This document shows positions 36,344 to 46,231 of a stretch of DNA of 64,000 nucleotides, in pieces. The position numbers and the translations under genes are program-made. Position 1 is the first letter of the stretch. Every line of letters begins with the position of its first letter. Below the pieces are notes generated by a model. It made no database searches. It worked only from the letters and a program-made list of their open reading frames with translations, and was not told the DNA's origin. This stretch comes from Thermoplasmatota archaeon (GTDB taxonomy: Archaea > Thermoplasmatota > E2 > JACPAO01 > JAHFTW01): NCBI GenBank assembly GCA_041601615.1, contig JBFIHX010000009.1:1-64000 (forward strand), in the 5' to 3' direction.

Positions 36344-38331
36344 GTCTCCAATTTTCTTCGGATGGCCACCAGGGCAGCAATCAGGGCGAAGGCCATGACG
36401 CCCCCGCTCATCGGTGAGTCTTTGTCCACTTCGCCCAGCAAACGACTCGCTTCTTCGGACGAACCTTCGCCGCTTGGATCGACCTCGACGAGAAGCCGCG
36501 CCGCACCGACGTAGTCGGCTCCGGTGGCAGTCACCACGAGGTCAGCGATGTCGCCCGTGGGCGCATCTGCGGGAACGGTGAGCAGAATCTGGAAGGATGC
36601 CGAGGTGTCTTCTGCAAGCGCAAGGTAGTCCGGCTCGATTCGCCGTACCCAATCCTCGTGCAGGCCCGCAATCTGCACCTCGACGGCACCCACGGATCCA
36701 AGCGATTCCACGGACCCCTTCACGACGATGCTCGCACCAGGGCGGACGACTCGGTTACCGTTCTCCAACCGCAGGTTCAAGGCGCTGTCGCCGGCAGTGA
36801 CCAACGGATCACGATATTCTGCAAGCGGCAGCTCCAGTCGGCCTCCGGGAAGTAGCAAGGGCGCCTCTCGGGCCGTCACGAGGGTCGGGTACAGGCTCGT
36901 GGCATTCAGGTGCAAGACCAACTCCGTGCTTTCGCTGGGCGCGACCACACCCACCTGGGGTGAACCCACTAGCTCGAAAGACCGGGCCTGGCCGGCGTCG
37001 AATTCCACAGAACCACTCGGATCGAACCTGATCACCTCGGTGCGATCGGCGCCGGCAACGACTCGCAGGCTCGCTTCCACCACGAACGCACGCTGGGGCA
37101 CCTCGCTTTGCAGGTCGAAAATGAGCCTAGCACCCCCGTCGGCAAACAGAAGCCCCGTAGAGAGCCGAGGATCAAGTCGGATGTCCCATTCATAGGACTC
37201 GATGGGGCGAGAGTTTGTCGCGGCCCGCACCGCAACGAGGTCGTCCGCCGGGTCCTTTACGAGGGTGTTCATGTATGCCACGCGCGGCTCCCCGAGCACA
37301 TCGTCCACCACCGGAGTACCACTCTGGGCACGCGCGTGCAAGTAGAGCGTGTCGTGGTGTCCTGCAAGCTGCGGAATCTCGTGGTAATAGACGCTGAAAA
37401 CAACCTGCCCCTTCCCCACTGTGTCCAGGGCGTCCATGGTTAACAGCAATTCGTCACGGGCTCCGTGGCTGTGTGCAAACGGCACGCGAACAACGAGAAT
37501 CCGCTCAATTGACGCGCCCCCATCTAGGGTCAGAACAGGCTCTGCCACACTTACATCCCATGCATCCGGAGCCCCCGACCAGGACAACCTGAACCGCTGC
37601 CGGGTAGTGTCGAGGTTTGAGGCGACGAACGGGAACGCGTAGGTGGCGGCATCTCCGTTGCTTGCTACGGCGGCCCGCGAGGAACCGAGTCGTGCGATAC
37701 CCGTCTGCTCAAGGCCCAACCGGAACACGTAGGGTTCGTCGGACGTGCCCACGTCGCGGATTTCCGTCAGTTCGCCACGATTGCGCACCTCTGTTCCTGC
37801 CACCTTAACCTGCAAGCCCGTGAGTCGGTCACCTACCCCAGGCGGCGAACCAAACCCATCAACCAGAAAGGCCCTCGGCATTCCCACCGACCATTGGCTG
37901 GTGTCCTGCCGCACCTCTAGGCTTGCCAGCCCCACGAGGCGCTCGACGCCTTCGCTTGACATCCGCAAAACATCGGCTTCGGTGGCGGAACGCTCGGCAT
38001 GAACGTGGTAGGCTTGCAGGCCTCGTTCAAACCATAACTCCAAGCGCAGTGCAGAGTGAACATCCGTGGACTCACGGCCCCGGTGCAAGGTGGTGTTCAA
38101 CCAAAGGAGCTCCAGGGTCTCTGACGCTGTGACTGTAGCCAGATCGATGTTGTGTGGACTACCAGGAGGCAGCGGGACCTCGCCGTCAGGGCCCGAAAAG
38201 AGAGTGGAATCGCCCGCCGGGTCCACCAGGATCGTACTTTCGGTCGCACCAACCGTCTGCACAAAAGCCAGGAGTGTCATAAGGCAGAAGGCACGAAATC
38301 GTTCACGAGACATGATTCCTCGGACCAGCAA
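36340..38331 (-). CDS. Large secreted surface protein with COG1470-like Ig domains and a C-terminal anchor
   Basis: Signal peptide, DPAGD motif, VPADA..G domains, DSP-TM-RRK tail. Confidence 0.75.
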   Translation of the reverse strand: MLVRGIMSRERFRAFCLMTLLAFVQTVGATESTILVDPAGDSTLFSGPDGEVPLPPGSPHNIDLATVTASETLELLWLNTTLHRGRESTDVHSALRLELWFERGLQAYHVHAERSATEADVLRMSSEGVERLVGLASLEVRQDTSQWSVGMPRAFLVDGFGSPPGVGDRLTGLQVKVAGTEVRNRGELTEIRDVGTSDEPYVFRLGLEQTGIARLGSSRAAVASNGDAATYAFPFVASNLDTTRQRFRLSWSGAPDAWDVSVAEPVLTLDGGASIERILVVRVPFAHSHGARDELLLTMDALDTVGKGQVVFSVYYHEIPQLAGHHDTLYLHARAQSGTPVVDDVLGEPRVAYMNTLVKDPADDLVAVRAATNSRPIESYEWDIRLDPRLSTGLLFADGGARLIFDLQSEVPQRAFVVEASLRVVAGADRTEVIRFDPSGSVEFDAGQARSFELVGSPQVGVVAPSESTELVLHLNATSLYPTLVTAREAPLLLPGGRLELPLAEYRDPLVTAGDSALNLRLENGNRVVRPGASIVVKGSVESLGSVGAVEVQIAGLHEDWVRRIEPDYLALAEDTSASFQILLTVPADAPTGDIADLVVTATGADYVGAARLLVEVDPSGEGSSEEASRLLGEVDKDSPMSGGVMAFALIAALVAIRRKLET

Positions 38332-38809
38332 GCGAATATATAGCAGGTTTTTGAGGTGCCTCTGATTCCAGGCCCTGCGACCTAGGGGGGATAGCCGGTG
38401 ACAGGGAATAATTCGGCCGGTGGACGCCTCGCTGAGTCAAAAGTCCAGCCTCGACAAGATCACCAAGGAACCTGCGCAGGTACTTCTCCCCCAATCCCGT
38501 GCGCTTTGCAAGGGTCGCTGGACTGCACCAATCAACTTCGGAGAGAGCTTCAATGACGGCTCGGAAACCCGGCTCTGCCATCGCGGCGTACCGTTGCCAC
38601 GCGCTTCGATCCAGACTGCTTGGCAACAGGACCAATCGACGCCCCGTCTGCACCGCGTGCATCCGCCGTCGAACACAGAGACGGCCCACGTGATGGCTGA
38701 CGGCACCCCAAGAAAGCCCGGTGCGCCGGCACAATTCGCTCTTGTGAATTCCAGGGTGCTCGTGGATTATTTGGAGCACGCGCTCAGAGGTGGGCACTGG
38801 GTCTGTCAT
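38303..38809 (-). CDS. Tandem winged-helix transcriptional regulator
   Basis: IHEHPGIHKSELCRRTGLSWGAVSHHV plus a second HTH. Confidence 0.85.
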   Translation of the reverse strand: MTDPVPTSERVLQIIHEHPGIHKSELCRRTGLSWGAVSHHVGRLCVRRRMHAVQTGRRLVLLPSSLDRSAWQRYAAMAEPGFRAVIEALSEVDWCSPATLAKRTGLGEKYLRRFLGDLVEAGLLTQRGVHRPNYSLSPAIPPRSQGLESEAPQKPAIYSLAGPRNHVS

Positions 38810-39225
38810 GCGGCAGCCCCCACTCTGCTTGCATCTCCTGGGCAGTGCCATTCTGCTGTGGAATCGGGTTGGCGGCTCGGCGAAGATGCAGGAAGGAGGC
38901 GTGCGGTGAAGGGCTCCGGAGATTGAAGGTCAAGTCCACCATCGAGAGAATCAAGGACAAGGTGGCCGCCAAGGGACTCGGGTAGGTAGATGCGGATAGC
39001 ACCCTGTTCGTCTCGCCAAGCTTCCAGGACGCCGGAATCGAGGCAGGCGAAGATGAACGTCGGGTCTCGATCCGCACCATCAAGGCACAGGTCCGACCAT
39101 AATCCGCCGACCGCAAACAGTTCCCCCTCCATGCGTGGGGGGTGGCAGGGCAAATAGAGTCCCTGCTTTGGGGACAAGGATTCTCGTTTGGTCCCGGCGC
39201 CGGTCGCGGCGGTGTCAGAAGCCAT
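38806..39225 (-). CDS. Hypothetical protein coupled to the HTH gene
   Basis: Stop overlaps the HTH start (ATGA); start uncertain. Confidence 0.45.
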   Translation of the reverse strand: MASDTAATGAGTKRESLSPKQGLYLPCHPPRMEGELFAVGGLWSDLCLDGADRDPTFIFACLDSGVLEAWRDEQGAIRIYLPESLGGHLVLDSLDGGLDLQSPEPFTARLLPASSPSRQPDSTAEWHCPGDASRVGAAA

Positions 39226-39369
39226 GAGGCCAGACAAACCACACGAATCGCCATGATTTGTGGAACAAACTCCGGCACCCTTCCAACAGTGATATTGGGC
39301 CGAAGGTGCCGGCGTTTGTTCCACAAACATTAGAACCACTGGCCGGTTGCCTTGGCTGTAGTGATAACT

Positions 39370-39753
39370 GTGAAATACGCGTCTCTGTTTGCTTCGCTTA
39401 TCCTGACAACCTTGATTCTGGCACCTGCTGCCCACTCGGAGCCTGTCCCAATCCCAATTCATGTTGGATTAAATATTCTTGATGAGGCCGGTGTAGTCAA
39501 TCAAGTAGTTCAGTATTTATTGGATAAAGACCTTCCGATTGAACCTTCCCTCTGCCTAACATTTAAAGCCGCATCAATAGTAGACATTACGAAAATTAAA
39601 CCTGCGATTCCAATTATTGATGGTTTGAATATTGTAATAAATTTTAAATTTTTTGGTGTTGGTTATGAAACACCCGGGAATCCCACTACTGGAATTTGGA
39701 ATGTGTACTACGAAACTTTTGGGTCGGCCTCAGAATGTCCTATTATGCCATAA
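39370..39753 (+). CDS. Small secreted protein, AT-rich
   Basis: Signal peptide and two Cys; low GC. Confidence 0.7.
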   Translation: MKYASLFASLILTTLILAPAAHSEPVPIPIHVGLNILDEAGVVNQVVQYLLDKDLPIEPSLCLTFKAASIVDITKIKPAIPIIDGLNIVINFKFFGVGYETPGNPTTGIWNVYYETFGSASECPIMP

Positions 39754-39765
39754 TTGGGGACGTCC

Positions 39766-40560
39766 ATGAAAATATTATATTTAATAACTCTAATTGCCCT
39801 AATCCTTTTCTCGGGGTGCATAGGCAGCAATAGTTCTACAAATGAATTAAAACCTGAAGAAATCGGCGATGGAATAGATTTTTCAATAGTGAATGTTTTA
39901 CACATGCAAGACTGTAATGGAATTTCCGCCACTCAATTCTACCCAACTACAATGAATCCTGCTCCGGTCCCAGAAGGCTGGCCGAATAATACTGAAGGGC
40001 CCCTCACTGCCGTCGCAATCCTCGCGTGGACCTGCGAATTCATTGGCTTGAATGGCCTAGAACGTTCAGGGACCATTTTGTGGGAGTACGCAAGCAGCGG
40101 AGTTCCGCCGCCGGCGTGCTTCAAAGACGCAGGCGGCCCGCTTGGACATGTGACCAACATTCTCGCAGACGATGCGGAAATTGTCAGGATCCTACGCAAT
40201 CAATACGGTGCCTCGGCGCACCTAACAGAGTTTGAGGTGGAAGAAACGGCGAACTCCCAGTCGTGGACGTGGGATGTCGATGGTTCCACATCCACTTTTC
40301 TTACGCTGCAAGAAAAAACTAGTGAACCCAGAGATAAACTTCCAAACCGTTGGGTCTGGCCCTCGGTGAATGGAACGGCGGTCCTGGACTTGACATTCCA
40401 AGTAGAAAGTCTCCAGTTCACAAATCGAGTAGGAGTTGCAGAATTCAACGAACCACTCTACATGGAAACCGTCGCCGGCCACTTCGTGGGTGCGACCAAT
40501 GTGGACCGGAACGCGAGCCTTACCGGCAAATTTGACTTGCGCGATGCCCAGTGCGAATAA
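39766..40560 (+). CDS. Lipoprotein of unknown function
   Basis: FSGC lipobox; DC.G/P.GW/C/PP pattern shared with 21270-22169. Confidence 0.75.
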   Translation: MKILYLITLIALILFSGCIGSNSSTNELKPEEIGDGIDFSIVNVLHMQDCNGISATQFYPTTMNPAPVPEGWPNNTEGPLTAVAILAWTCEFIGLNGLERSGTILWEYASSGVPPPACFKDAGGPLGHVTNILADDAEIVRILRNQYGASAHLTEFEVEETANSQSWTWDVDGSTSTFLTLQEKTSEPRDKLPNRWVWPSVNGTAVLDLTFQVESLQFTNRVGVAEFNEPLYMETVAGHFVGATNVDRNASLTGKFDLRDAQCE

Positions 40561-42038
40561 ATCGCCGATGGGGCTTGGTGACGGTTGCACTCCTTCTCCT
40601 TGCGCCTTCGTCTTTGGCAACAACGGTCGCGTTCAAACCACCCGCCCTGCTGGACATGGAAACAGGTGACCTCGAGGGTCAAATTCTGTTGTTGGTGTTC
40701 AAGGAAGCTACCCCCTGGAGCTTCGATGCATCCACCCAAGGCCCGATTCATGCAGAACGTCACCGCTACGCCCATGCCAACGCGACCCTTAACCCAATCA
40801 TCGGCCCTCAAGTTGGTGTTCCGCTCTACGACGAAGACCTCGAAGCCGACTGGACGCGCCTCCACCTCCAACCTGAGGTTGGGCGTCTCTCTTCGCTCAT
40901 TCTCGTGGCACAATCCATTCGCTTCGACTCAAACCAGACCGCTGCCCACATCGATGTCCTCAATCAAGCCCCGGCAAACGAATGGCAAGCAGGCGTATGG
41001 GACCAGGCCATCCGGACTGACCGGGTTCTTGCTTCGCGCCCCATTGCCTACGCAGAATTGGAACGCGCCGAGCCCACCACGTTCAAAATTAGTGGCCTTC
41101 AATCCATCGAATGGACCGGAGCTCAACCCATCTGCAACCCGGAAGCCTCCTGCCCCCGCGAAGAAAACCCTGCCCCGTACATTCTTGATTACATCGAACA
41201 GACCCTCCAAAACGGCACCGCCACCCTCACCGCTCATCCCGACCTCCTTGTCCTAGCAGGAACCCTCCACGTACAATTCCACGGCACCGCCCGACTCCCC
41301 GCCGCCAGAGGCGAACTAGCCTGCACCAACTGCACTCTCGAGGACGACGTACTTACCCTCCACGGAGACATCCACCTCCGATCCCTTCAAGCCGCCCTCA
41401 ACGGTTCCAGCCCCCTCCACGCCGACCTTGACGGAGACTTCCTTGCCCGCATCAACGAAGGCCCCCCACAATCTGTCTCCCCCCCACCCATCGCCGCCGT
41501 CGCCCTCGCTGCCACCGCCGGCCTCGCCATCCTATTCCGCATTTTCTTTGCGCTCGTCAGTCAACGCATCCTCGACGCGCCCCTCTCCCACCCCGCTCGC
41601 CAATCCATCCACGAGACCCTCGACGCCAACCCCGGCATCACCTACCGCCAACTCATGCAATTCACCGGCATCGGAAACGGAAGCCTCCAACACCACCTGC
41701 GCATCCTCGAACGCGCCCGCAGCATCCGCCACTGGCGAAACGACCGCAACCTCCACTTTGCCTTGTTCGACGTGCGCCCGGTCGCCGCCATGCAAAAACG
41801 CACCCTCGAAGACGACGCCATGAACGCGCTTTGTGCGTACCTTGCCCACCCTGACGGCCGCATGCAACTCGACATTGTGACCTGGGCCAAACAGACCCAT
41901 GGCTGGGCACGATCTACAACGCAATCGAAACTTACGCGCTTGTGCACACTTGGACTTGCGAGAGTGCACAAAGAGGGCTTTCGGCGCATCTACGAAGCGA
42001 CGGACGTAGCATCAGAAACTCGTGGCGTGGGCGCGTAG
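40551..42038 (+). CDS. Membrane-tethered regulator: extracellular domain + TM + tandem winged HTH
   Basis: Signal peptide, TM helix, PLSHPARQSI...NPGITYRQL...GSLQHHLRILE, second HTH GWARSTTQSKL. Confidence 0.85.
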   Translation: MRINRRWGLVTVALLLLAPSSLATTVAFKPPALLDMETGDLEGQILLLVFKEATPWSFDASTQGPIHAERHRYAHANATLNPIIGPQVGVPLYDEDLEADWTRLHLQPEVGRLSSLILVAQSIRFDSNQTAAHIDVLNQAPANEWQAGVWDQAIRTDRVLASRPIAYAELERAEPTTFKISGLQSIEWTGAQPICNPEASCPREENPAPYILDYIEQTLQNGTATLTAHPDLLVLAGTLHVQFHGTARLPAARGELACTNCTLEDDVLTLHGDIHLRSLQAALNGSSPLHADLDGDFLARINEGPPQSVSPPPIAAVALAATAGLAILFRIFFALVSQRILDAPLSHPARQSIHETLDANPGITYRQLMQFTGIGNGSLQHHLRILERARSIRHWRNDRNLHFALFDVRPVAAMQKRTLEDDAMNALCAYLAHPDGRMQLDIVTWAKQTHGWARSTTQSKLTRLCTLGLARVHKEGFRRIYEATDVASETRGVGA

Positions 42039-42401
42039 GGGCCGACGGAAGCAGATGACCGAACCACGGGCGCAAGGTGCTCCTTACTACCCTGCTTCGG
42101 ATAGATAGGAAATCGCCTACACCATTGCACACGACAAGGCACATCCAATGCCGCACGCAATCTCGGCCAACATGACCTTGCCAAGCGGCAACAAGAACGA
42201 CCATGCTGATCCGGCGGTGCTGCTTCCAGAGCCAGCTAATGCGCATGACTGTGTATAGTGGTCGTCATTCCGCCCAATTCAATGGAATACTCGCGCCGGC
42301 ATAACTCAGCCGCTCCCATCCCTTAGACTCCGCCAGGCCAATGTATTTTCGCTGAATTGAACCATCCCCTTTCAGCATGTCAGATTCAGCACAATCTAGC
42401 A

Positions 42402-42782
42402 CTACATGGTCAGCAGCAACATGAACGCATCGATCAAGACAATCGACAGAGTCGCGAAACCGTGGAATCGGTTGCCCCGAGGGGTCAGGAGGAGCCCGAC
42501 GACCAGCCCCCCTGCGAGGCCGGCAAATGCAAAATCGACTGCCACTGCAAGCGTTCCAAGGTCCTGCCCCCGCCCTGTCAGATCCGTCCACAGCAGGTAG
42601 GCTATCGGCAATGTGATCATGCCGGAGCCCGCCCAAGCTAACCCGAACAAAATCCGCCGACTCACCAATGAAGATGAAGTATCATCGGATTTGTGGGTAA
42701 CTGTCACCGAAATCTGGAGATTCACTGAGGTTTCCTCGTATTGTTGTGGGATGGGAAAAAGATGCGGATTATGTTGGACCAA
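42402..42782 (-). CDS. Small membrane protein (possibly degraded)
   Basis: Three hydrophobic segments. Confidence 0.4.
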   Translation of the reverse strand: MVQHNPHLFPIPQQYEETSVNLQISVTVTHKSDDTSSSLVSRRILFGLAWAGSGMITLPIAYLLWTDLTGRGQDLGTLAVAVDFAFAGLAGGLVVGLLLTPRGNRFHGFATLSIVLIDAFMLLLTM

Positions 42783-43106
42783 GCGTACTACGTCCTCGAT
42801 TGCCCCCGCAGCAACCTAGTCCCATTGATGTTGAAACTGAAAGCATGTCTGGCACCCGCATGAACTCCAGATCATGCCTGGTGCCCGAGACTTCAGACTA
42901 CCAAACCAAATGTATTGGGCCTGTGGGCGCCACGATGAGGCCCGCAAAGGCCAAGATGAGCCTCTATCGTGCGAACCCCCGAGGAGGGACAAAGTTCCAG
43001 TCTATTGGAGGAATCTATTGAGCACGCCCGCCTTCCTGCATTGTGGCTCCAGTGGGCGGAATCTTGAAAACCATAAGGGAGGAAGTGGAAAAGGACCATA
43101 GCGGCA

Positions 43107-43450
43107 TCACGATCGGTACAGGCACCACATCAGTTCGCCAGCCATGGACGCACCGTTCTGGGTGATGCCGCTACGTCCGTAATCGGTGCTCGTGTCAACG
43201 CCGGCGAAGACGGCGTTGGCGGTCCAGTCGCCGCTTAGATGGTTAAGGTAGAACGTGTTCGTGGTCCTGCGGCTAAGGTGGCTGAGTGGGACGCTAAACG
43301 ACTCCCAGCCGAATCCGGAACTGGACCACTCGGAGCAGGCGTCGAAGGTTGATACGACGTAGCCGTTGGCCTGCATCTCCCACCTAGCTCCGCCGCTGCC
43401 ACAGTTGACAGCTTGAACATACACGTACAAGGTCGCAGAGGGTTTGCCCG
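43107..43450 (-). pseudogene. 3' remnant of a secreted beta-rich protein
   Basis: Protein-like C-terminal 110 aa (ATLYVYVQAVNC...GELMWCLYRS) with no plausible start of its own. Confidence 0.5.
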
Positions 43451-43477
43451 TCGTGGCGCCACCGGGTAGGACTAGGC

Positions 43478-43977
43478 GCTTCCTCGCTGCGGCCATCTCC
43501 AAACGCATCCTCGATGCGCCTCTGGAAAACCCCGGCCGCCTAGGCGTCCACCAAGCCATCGAAGCCAACCCAGGCGCGACCCTCAGTGAGCTACGACGCA
43601 TCACCGGCCTCGGCAGCGGAAACCTCCGCCACCACCTGCGCGTCCTCGAAACCGCCCGCACCATTCAACACTGGCGCCACGGCCGTACCACTCACTACGC
43701 CCTCGTCGAAGCCTCCACCACCGCCACCATGCAACACCGCGCCCTCGACGATCCCCAAATCAAATGACTCTGGAATCACCTTCGTACTCCAGGGGACCAC
43801 ATCCAGGCCGCGCTCGCGCAATGGGCCAACCAAGCACTCGGATGGTCCCGCGGCACCACCCAAAACAAACTCGCCCTACTCTGCGAACTTGGGCTTGCTG
43901 AGGTGCGAACGGAAGGGTTCCGGCGGATGTATGAAGCGCGAGGGGGCGTCGCGGAAGCAGGTAGTGGGGGTGGGTAG
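43478..43977 (+). pseudogene. Truncated paralog of the tandem wHTH domain of 40551-42038, with an in-frame TGA
   Basis: SKRILDAPL..NPG..GNLRHHLRVLE; TGA at 43765-43767; homology continues in frame (GWSRGTTQNKL..EGFRRMYEA). Confidence 0.8.
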
Positions 43978-44248
43978 GGTCGGAAAAATGAGTTCGTGAC
44001 CTCAAAGGCCCTGCCATTCTCAGCCCCGATGCCGCGTCCGTAGCGCGCATTGGGGGCATGGACTACCCTTGATGTGGCGGTGACCTTGAACTCGCGTCGG
44101 CGCGGTGAACGTAATTTCCACCTTCAGGGGTGTTGGTCTTCAATTCAAGACGACACTAGGTTCGTTTTCTGGACTGTGCCTTGTTGGCACAGCCCCCTCG
44201 CCATCTCGCACCAGGCAACCTGAAACACCCGACCCAATTCCCACAAAT

Positions 44249-44683
44249 ATGGTCAAGCGTCATGCATCGGCGATTTGGAAAGGCGGCCTCAAGGATGGCA
44301 ACGGCCGTCTTGGAACCGAGCGCGGCGCCCTAGCGGACACGCCGTATAATTTCTCGGGCCGTTTCGAGTCGGGGACCACGGGCACAAACCCAGAGGAACT
44401 CATTGCGGCGGCCCACGCGGGTTGTTTTTCCATGGCGCTCTCTGGCCAATTGGCCGAGCGCGGCCTTCAATCAGACCGCATCGAGACCAAGGCAACGGTG
44501 ACTTTGGAGAAAACAGACGCGGGGATGACCGTCACGAAAATCCATTTGGACACGAGGGTGACAGGCGCCGGTGCCGATGCATCAAAGTTCCAGGAGGCCG
44601 CCAATGCCGCCAAAGCCGGGTGCCCAATCTCGCGGTTGCTGAGCCCTGGCACGACCATCACGTTGGACGCGCAAATGGTATAA
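44249..44683 (+). CDS. osmC: OsmC family peroxiredoxin
   Basis: GTNPEELIAAAHAGCFSMAL, AKAGCPISR. Confidence 0.95.
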   Translation: MVKRHASAIWKGGLKDGNGRLGTERGALADTPYNFSGRFESGTTGTNPEELIAAAHAGCFSMALSGQLAERGLQSDRIETKATVTLEKTDAGMTVTKIHLDTRVTGAGADASKFQEAANAAKAGCPISRLLSPGTTITLDAQMV

Positions 44684-44764
44684 CGGGGCCACCGGCCATC
44701 GGCAACCAATATCTTCCATGCCCCCTCCCCCGCCTTTTTCATACACCTAGGCCTCGGCCGCCCC

Positions 44765-45772
44765 ATGGCACGCGAACTGGACATGGACAACCTGCGCTGG
44801 GGCACGGACCTCGTCAAGCGCGGATTTGCAAAGATGCAGAAGGGTGGCGTCATCATGGACGTCACGAACGCCGAGCAGGCAGCCATCGCTGAGGACGCTG
44901 GAGCCGTGGCCGTCATGGCTCTTGAGCGCGTGCCCGCCGACATTCGCGCGCAGGGCGGCGTGAGTCGCATGAGCGACCCGTCCATGATTAGCAAAATCAT
45001 CGACACAGTCAGCATTCCCGTGATGGCCAAGGCGCGCATCGGCCACTTTGCCGAAGCGCAACTCTTGCAAGAACTCGGCGTCGACATGATCGATGAGTCC
45101 GAGGTCTTGACCATGGCCGACCCGTTCTTCCACTCCTACAAGAAGGACTTCACGGTCCCCTTCGTCTGCGGCGCCACCAAGCTCGGCGAAGCGGTTCGCC
45201 GCATTGCTGAGGGCACCGCGATGATTCGCACCAAGGGCGAAGCCGGCAGCGGCGACATCGTTGAGGCCGTCCGCCACCGCCGCCTTGTCACCCGAGGAGT
45301 GCAAATCGTCCAGGACATGGACCCGCACGAACTCGACACCCTCGCAGAGACCTTCGCCAACCGCTACGACCCCCTCAACGAGGCAGTGCTCGAGGATATG
45401 AACATCCACGACGCCTACCTCTCCGAGGCCTACGGCGGCTTCGACTACGAGAGCATCGTCACGAACCTGCGCGATGTGCTCGGCGACATTCAGAAGCTTG
45501 GCCGCTTGCCCGTCGTGGACTTCACGGCCGGCGGCATCGCAACCCCCGCCGATGCAGCACTCATGATGCAGCTTGGCAGCGACGGCGTGTTCGTCGGATC
45601 GGGCATCTTCAAGAGCGGCGACCCCAAGACCCGCGCCGAAGCCATTGTCGAGGCAACCACGCACTTTGACCAACCCGACCGCGTTGTCGAAGTCAGCAAG
45701 GACCTCGGCGAGCCGATGGTGGGCCGGAACATGGACGAAATCGACGTGCAGTACGCGATGCGTGGCGTGTAG
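44765..45772 (+). CDS. pdxS: Pyridoxal 5'-phosphate synthase, lyase subunit
   Basis: [42 protein letters not shown]. Confidence 0.97.
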   Translation: MARELDMDNLRWGTDLVKRGFAKMQKGGVIMDVTNAEQAAIAEDAGAVAVMALERVPADIRAQGGVSRMSDPSMISKIIDTVSIPVMAKARIGHFAEAQLLQELGVDMIDESEVLTMADPFFHSYKKDFTVPFVCGATKLGEAVRRIAEGTAMIRTKGEAGSGDIVEAVRHRRLVTRGVQIVQDMDPHELDTLAETFANRYDPLNEAVLEDMNIHDAYLSEAYGGFDYESIVTNLRDVLGDIQKLGRLPVVDFTAGGIATPADAALMMQLGSDGVFVGSGIFKSGDPKTRAEAIVEATTHFDQPDRVVEVSKDLGEPMVGRNMDEIDVQYAMRGV

Positions 45773-45844
45773 CCGCGCAAGCGGACAAGTAAGAGTTCAT
45801 CTGCGCTGCGGCGCACATCGAGCCCAACTTCGGGCGCAACTTGG

Positions 45845-46231
45845 ATGAATTCGAGGCCCGATAGGCGATTCGTGGAATTTGAACACGAACACTTCCATTC
45901 TACCTTCCACCCCATTTCTCTAGCTCCTAGTCCGTCCTTGGCTGGACGATTTTTATTTTGGATTTCTTATCTTTGCTTCTCAGCATGGGCTGCTTTGGTG
46001 TCTTGGTTGACACCATTGGCTGTTTTTAGTGTTGCTATCGATGTCATAATCAATCATTCAGCATTTTTACCTAACCCATTGGGGCGCAATTTGACAACAA
46101 TGTTCCTCATAATTGTTGTATTTGCAATGGCTCCTGCGGTTTTACGGGCCAATGTGTTGACCTCAGATAGAGTTCAAGCCATTCGAGCGGCCCGGAGCAC
46201 GGGAGACCTGTGGGCTGCCATTTTGCCCTGA
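45845..46231 (+). CDS. AT-rich small membrane protein
   Basis: Two TM helices; GC visibly lower than flanking genes. Confidence 0.45.
   Translation: MNSRPDRRFVEFEHEHFHSTFHPISLAPSPSLAGRFLFWISYLCFSAWAALVSWLTPLAVFSVAIDVIINHSAFLPNPLGRNLTTMFLIIVVFAMAPAVLRANVLTSDRVQAIRAARSTGDLWAAILP

Noticed and set aside
43765-43767. Selenocysteine or programmed readthrough at the in-frame TGA
   Set aside because: It does not align with a catalytic Cys, and the gene also lacks its 5' end; a simple nonsense mutation is more likely.
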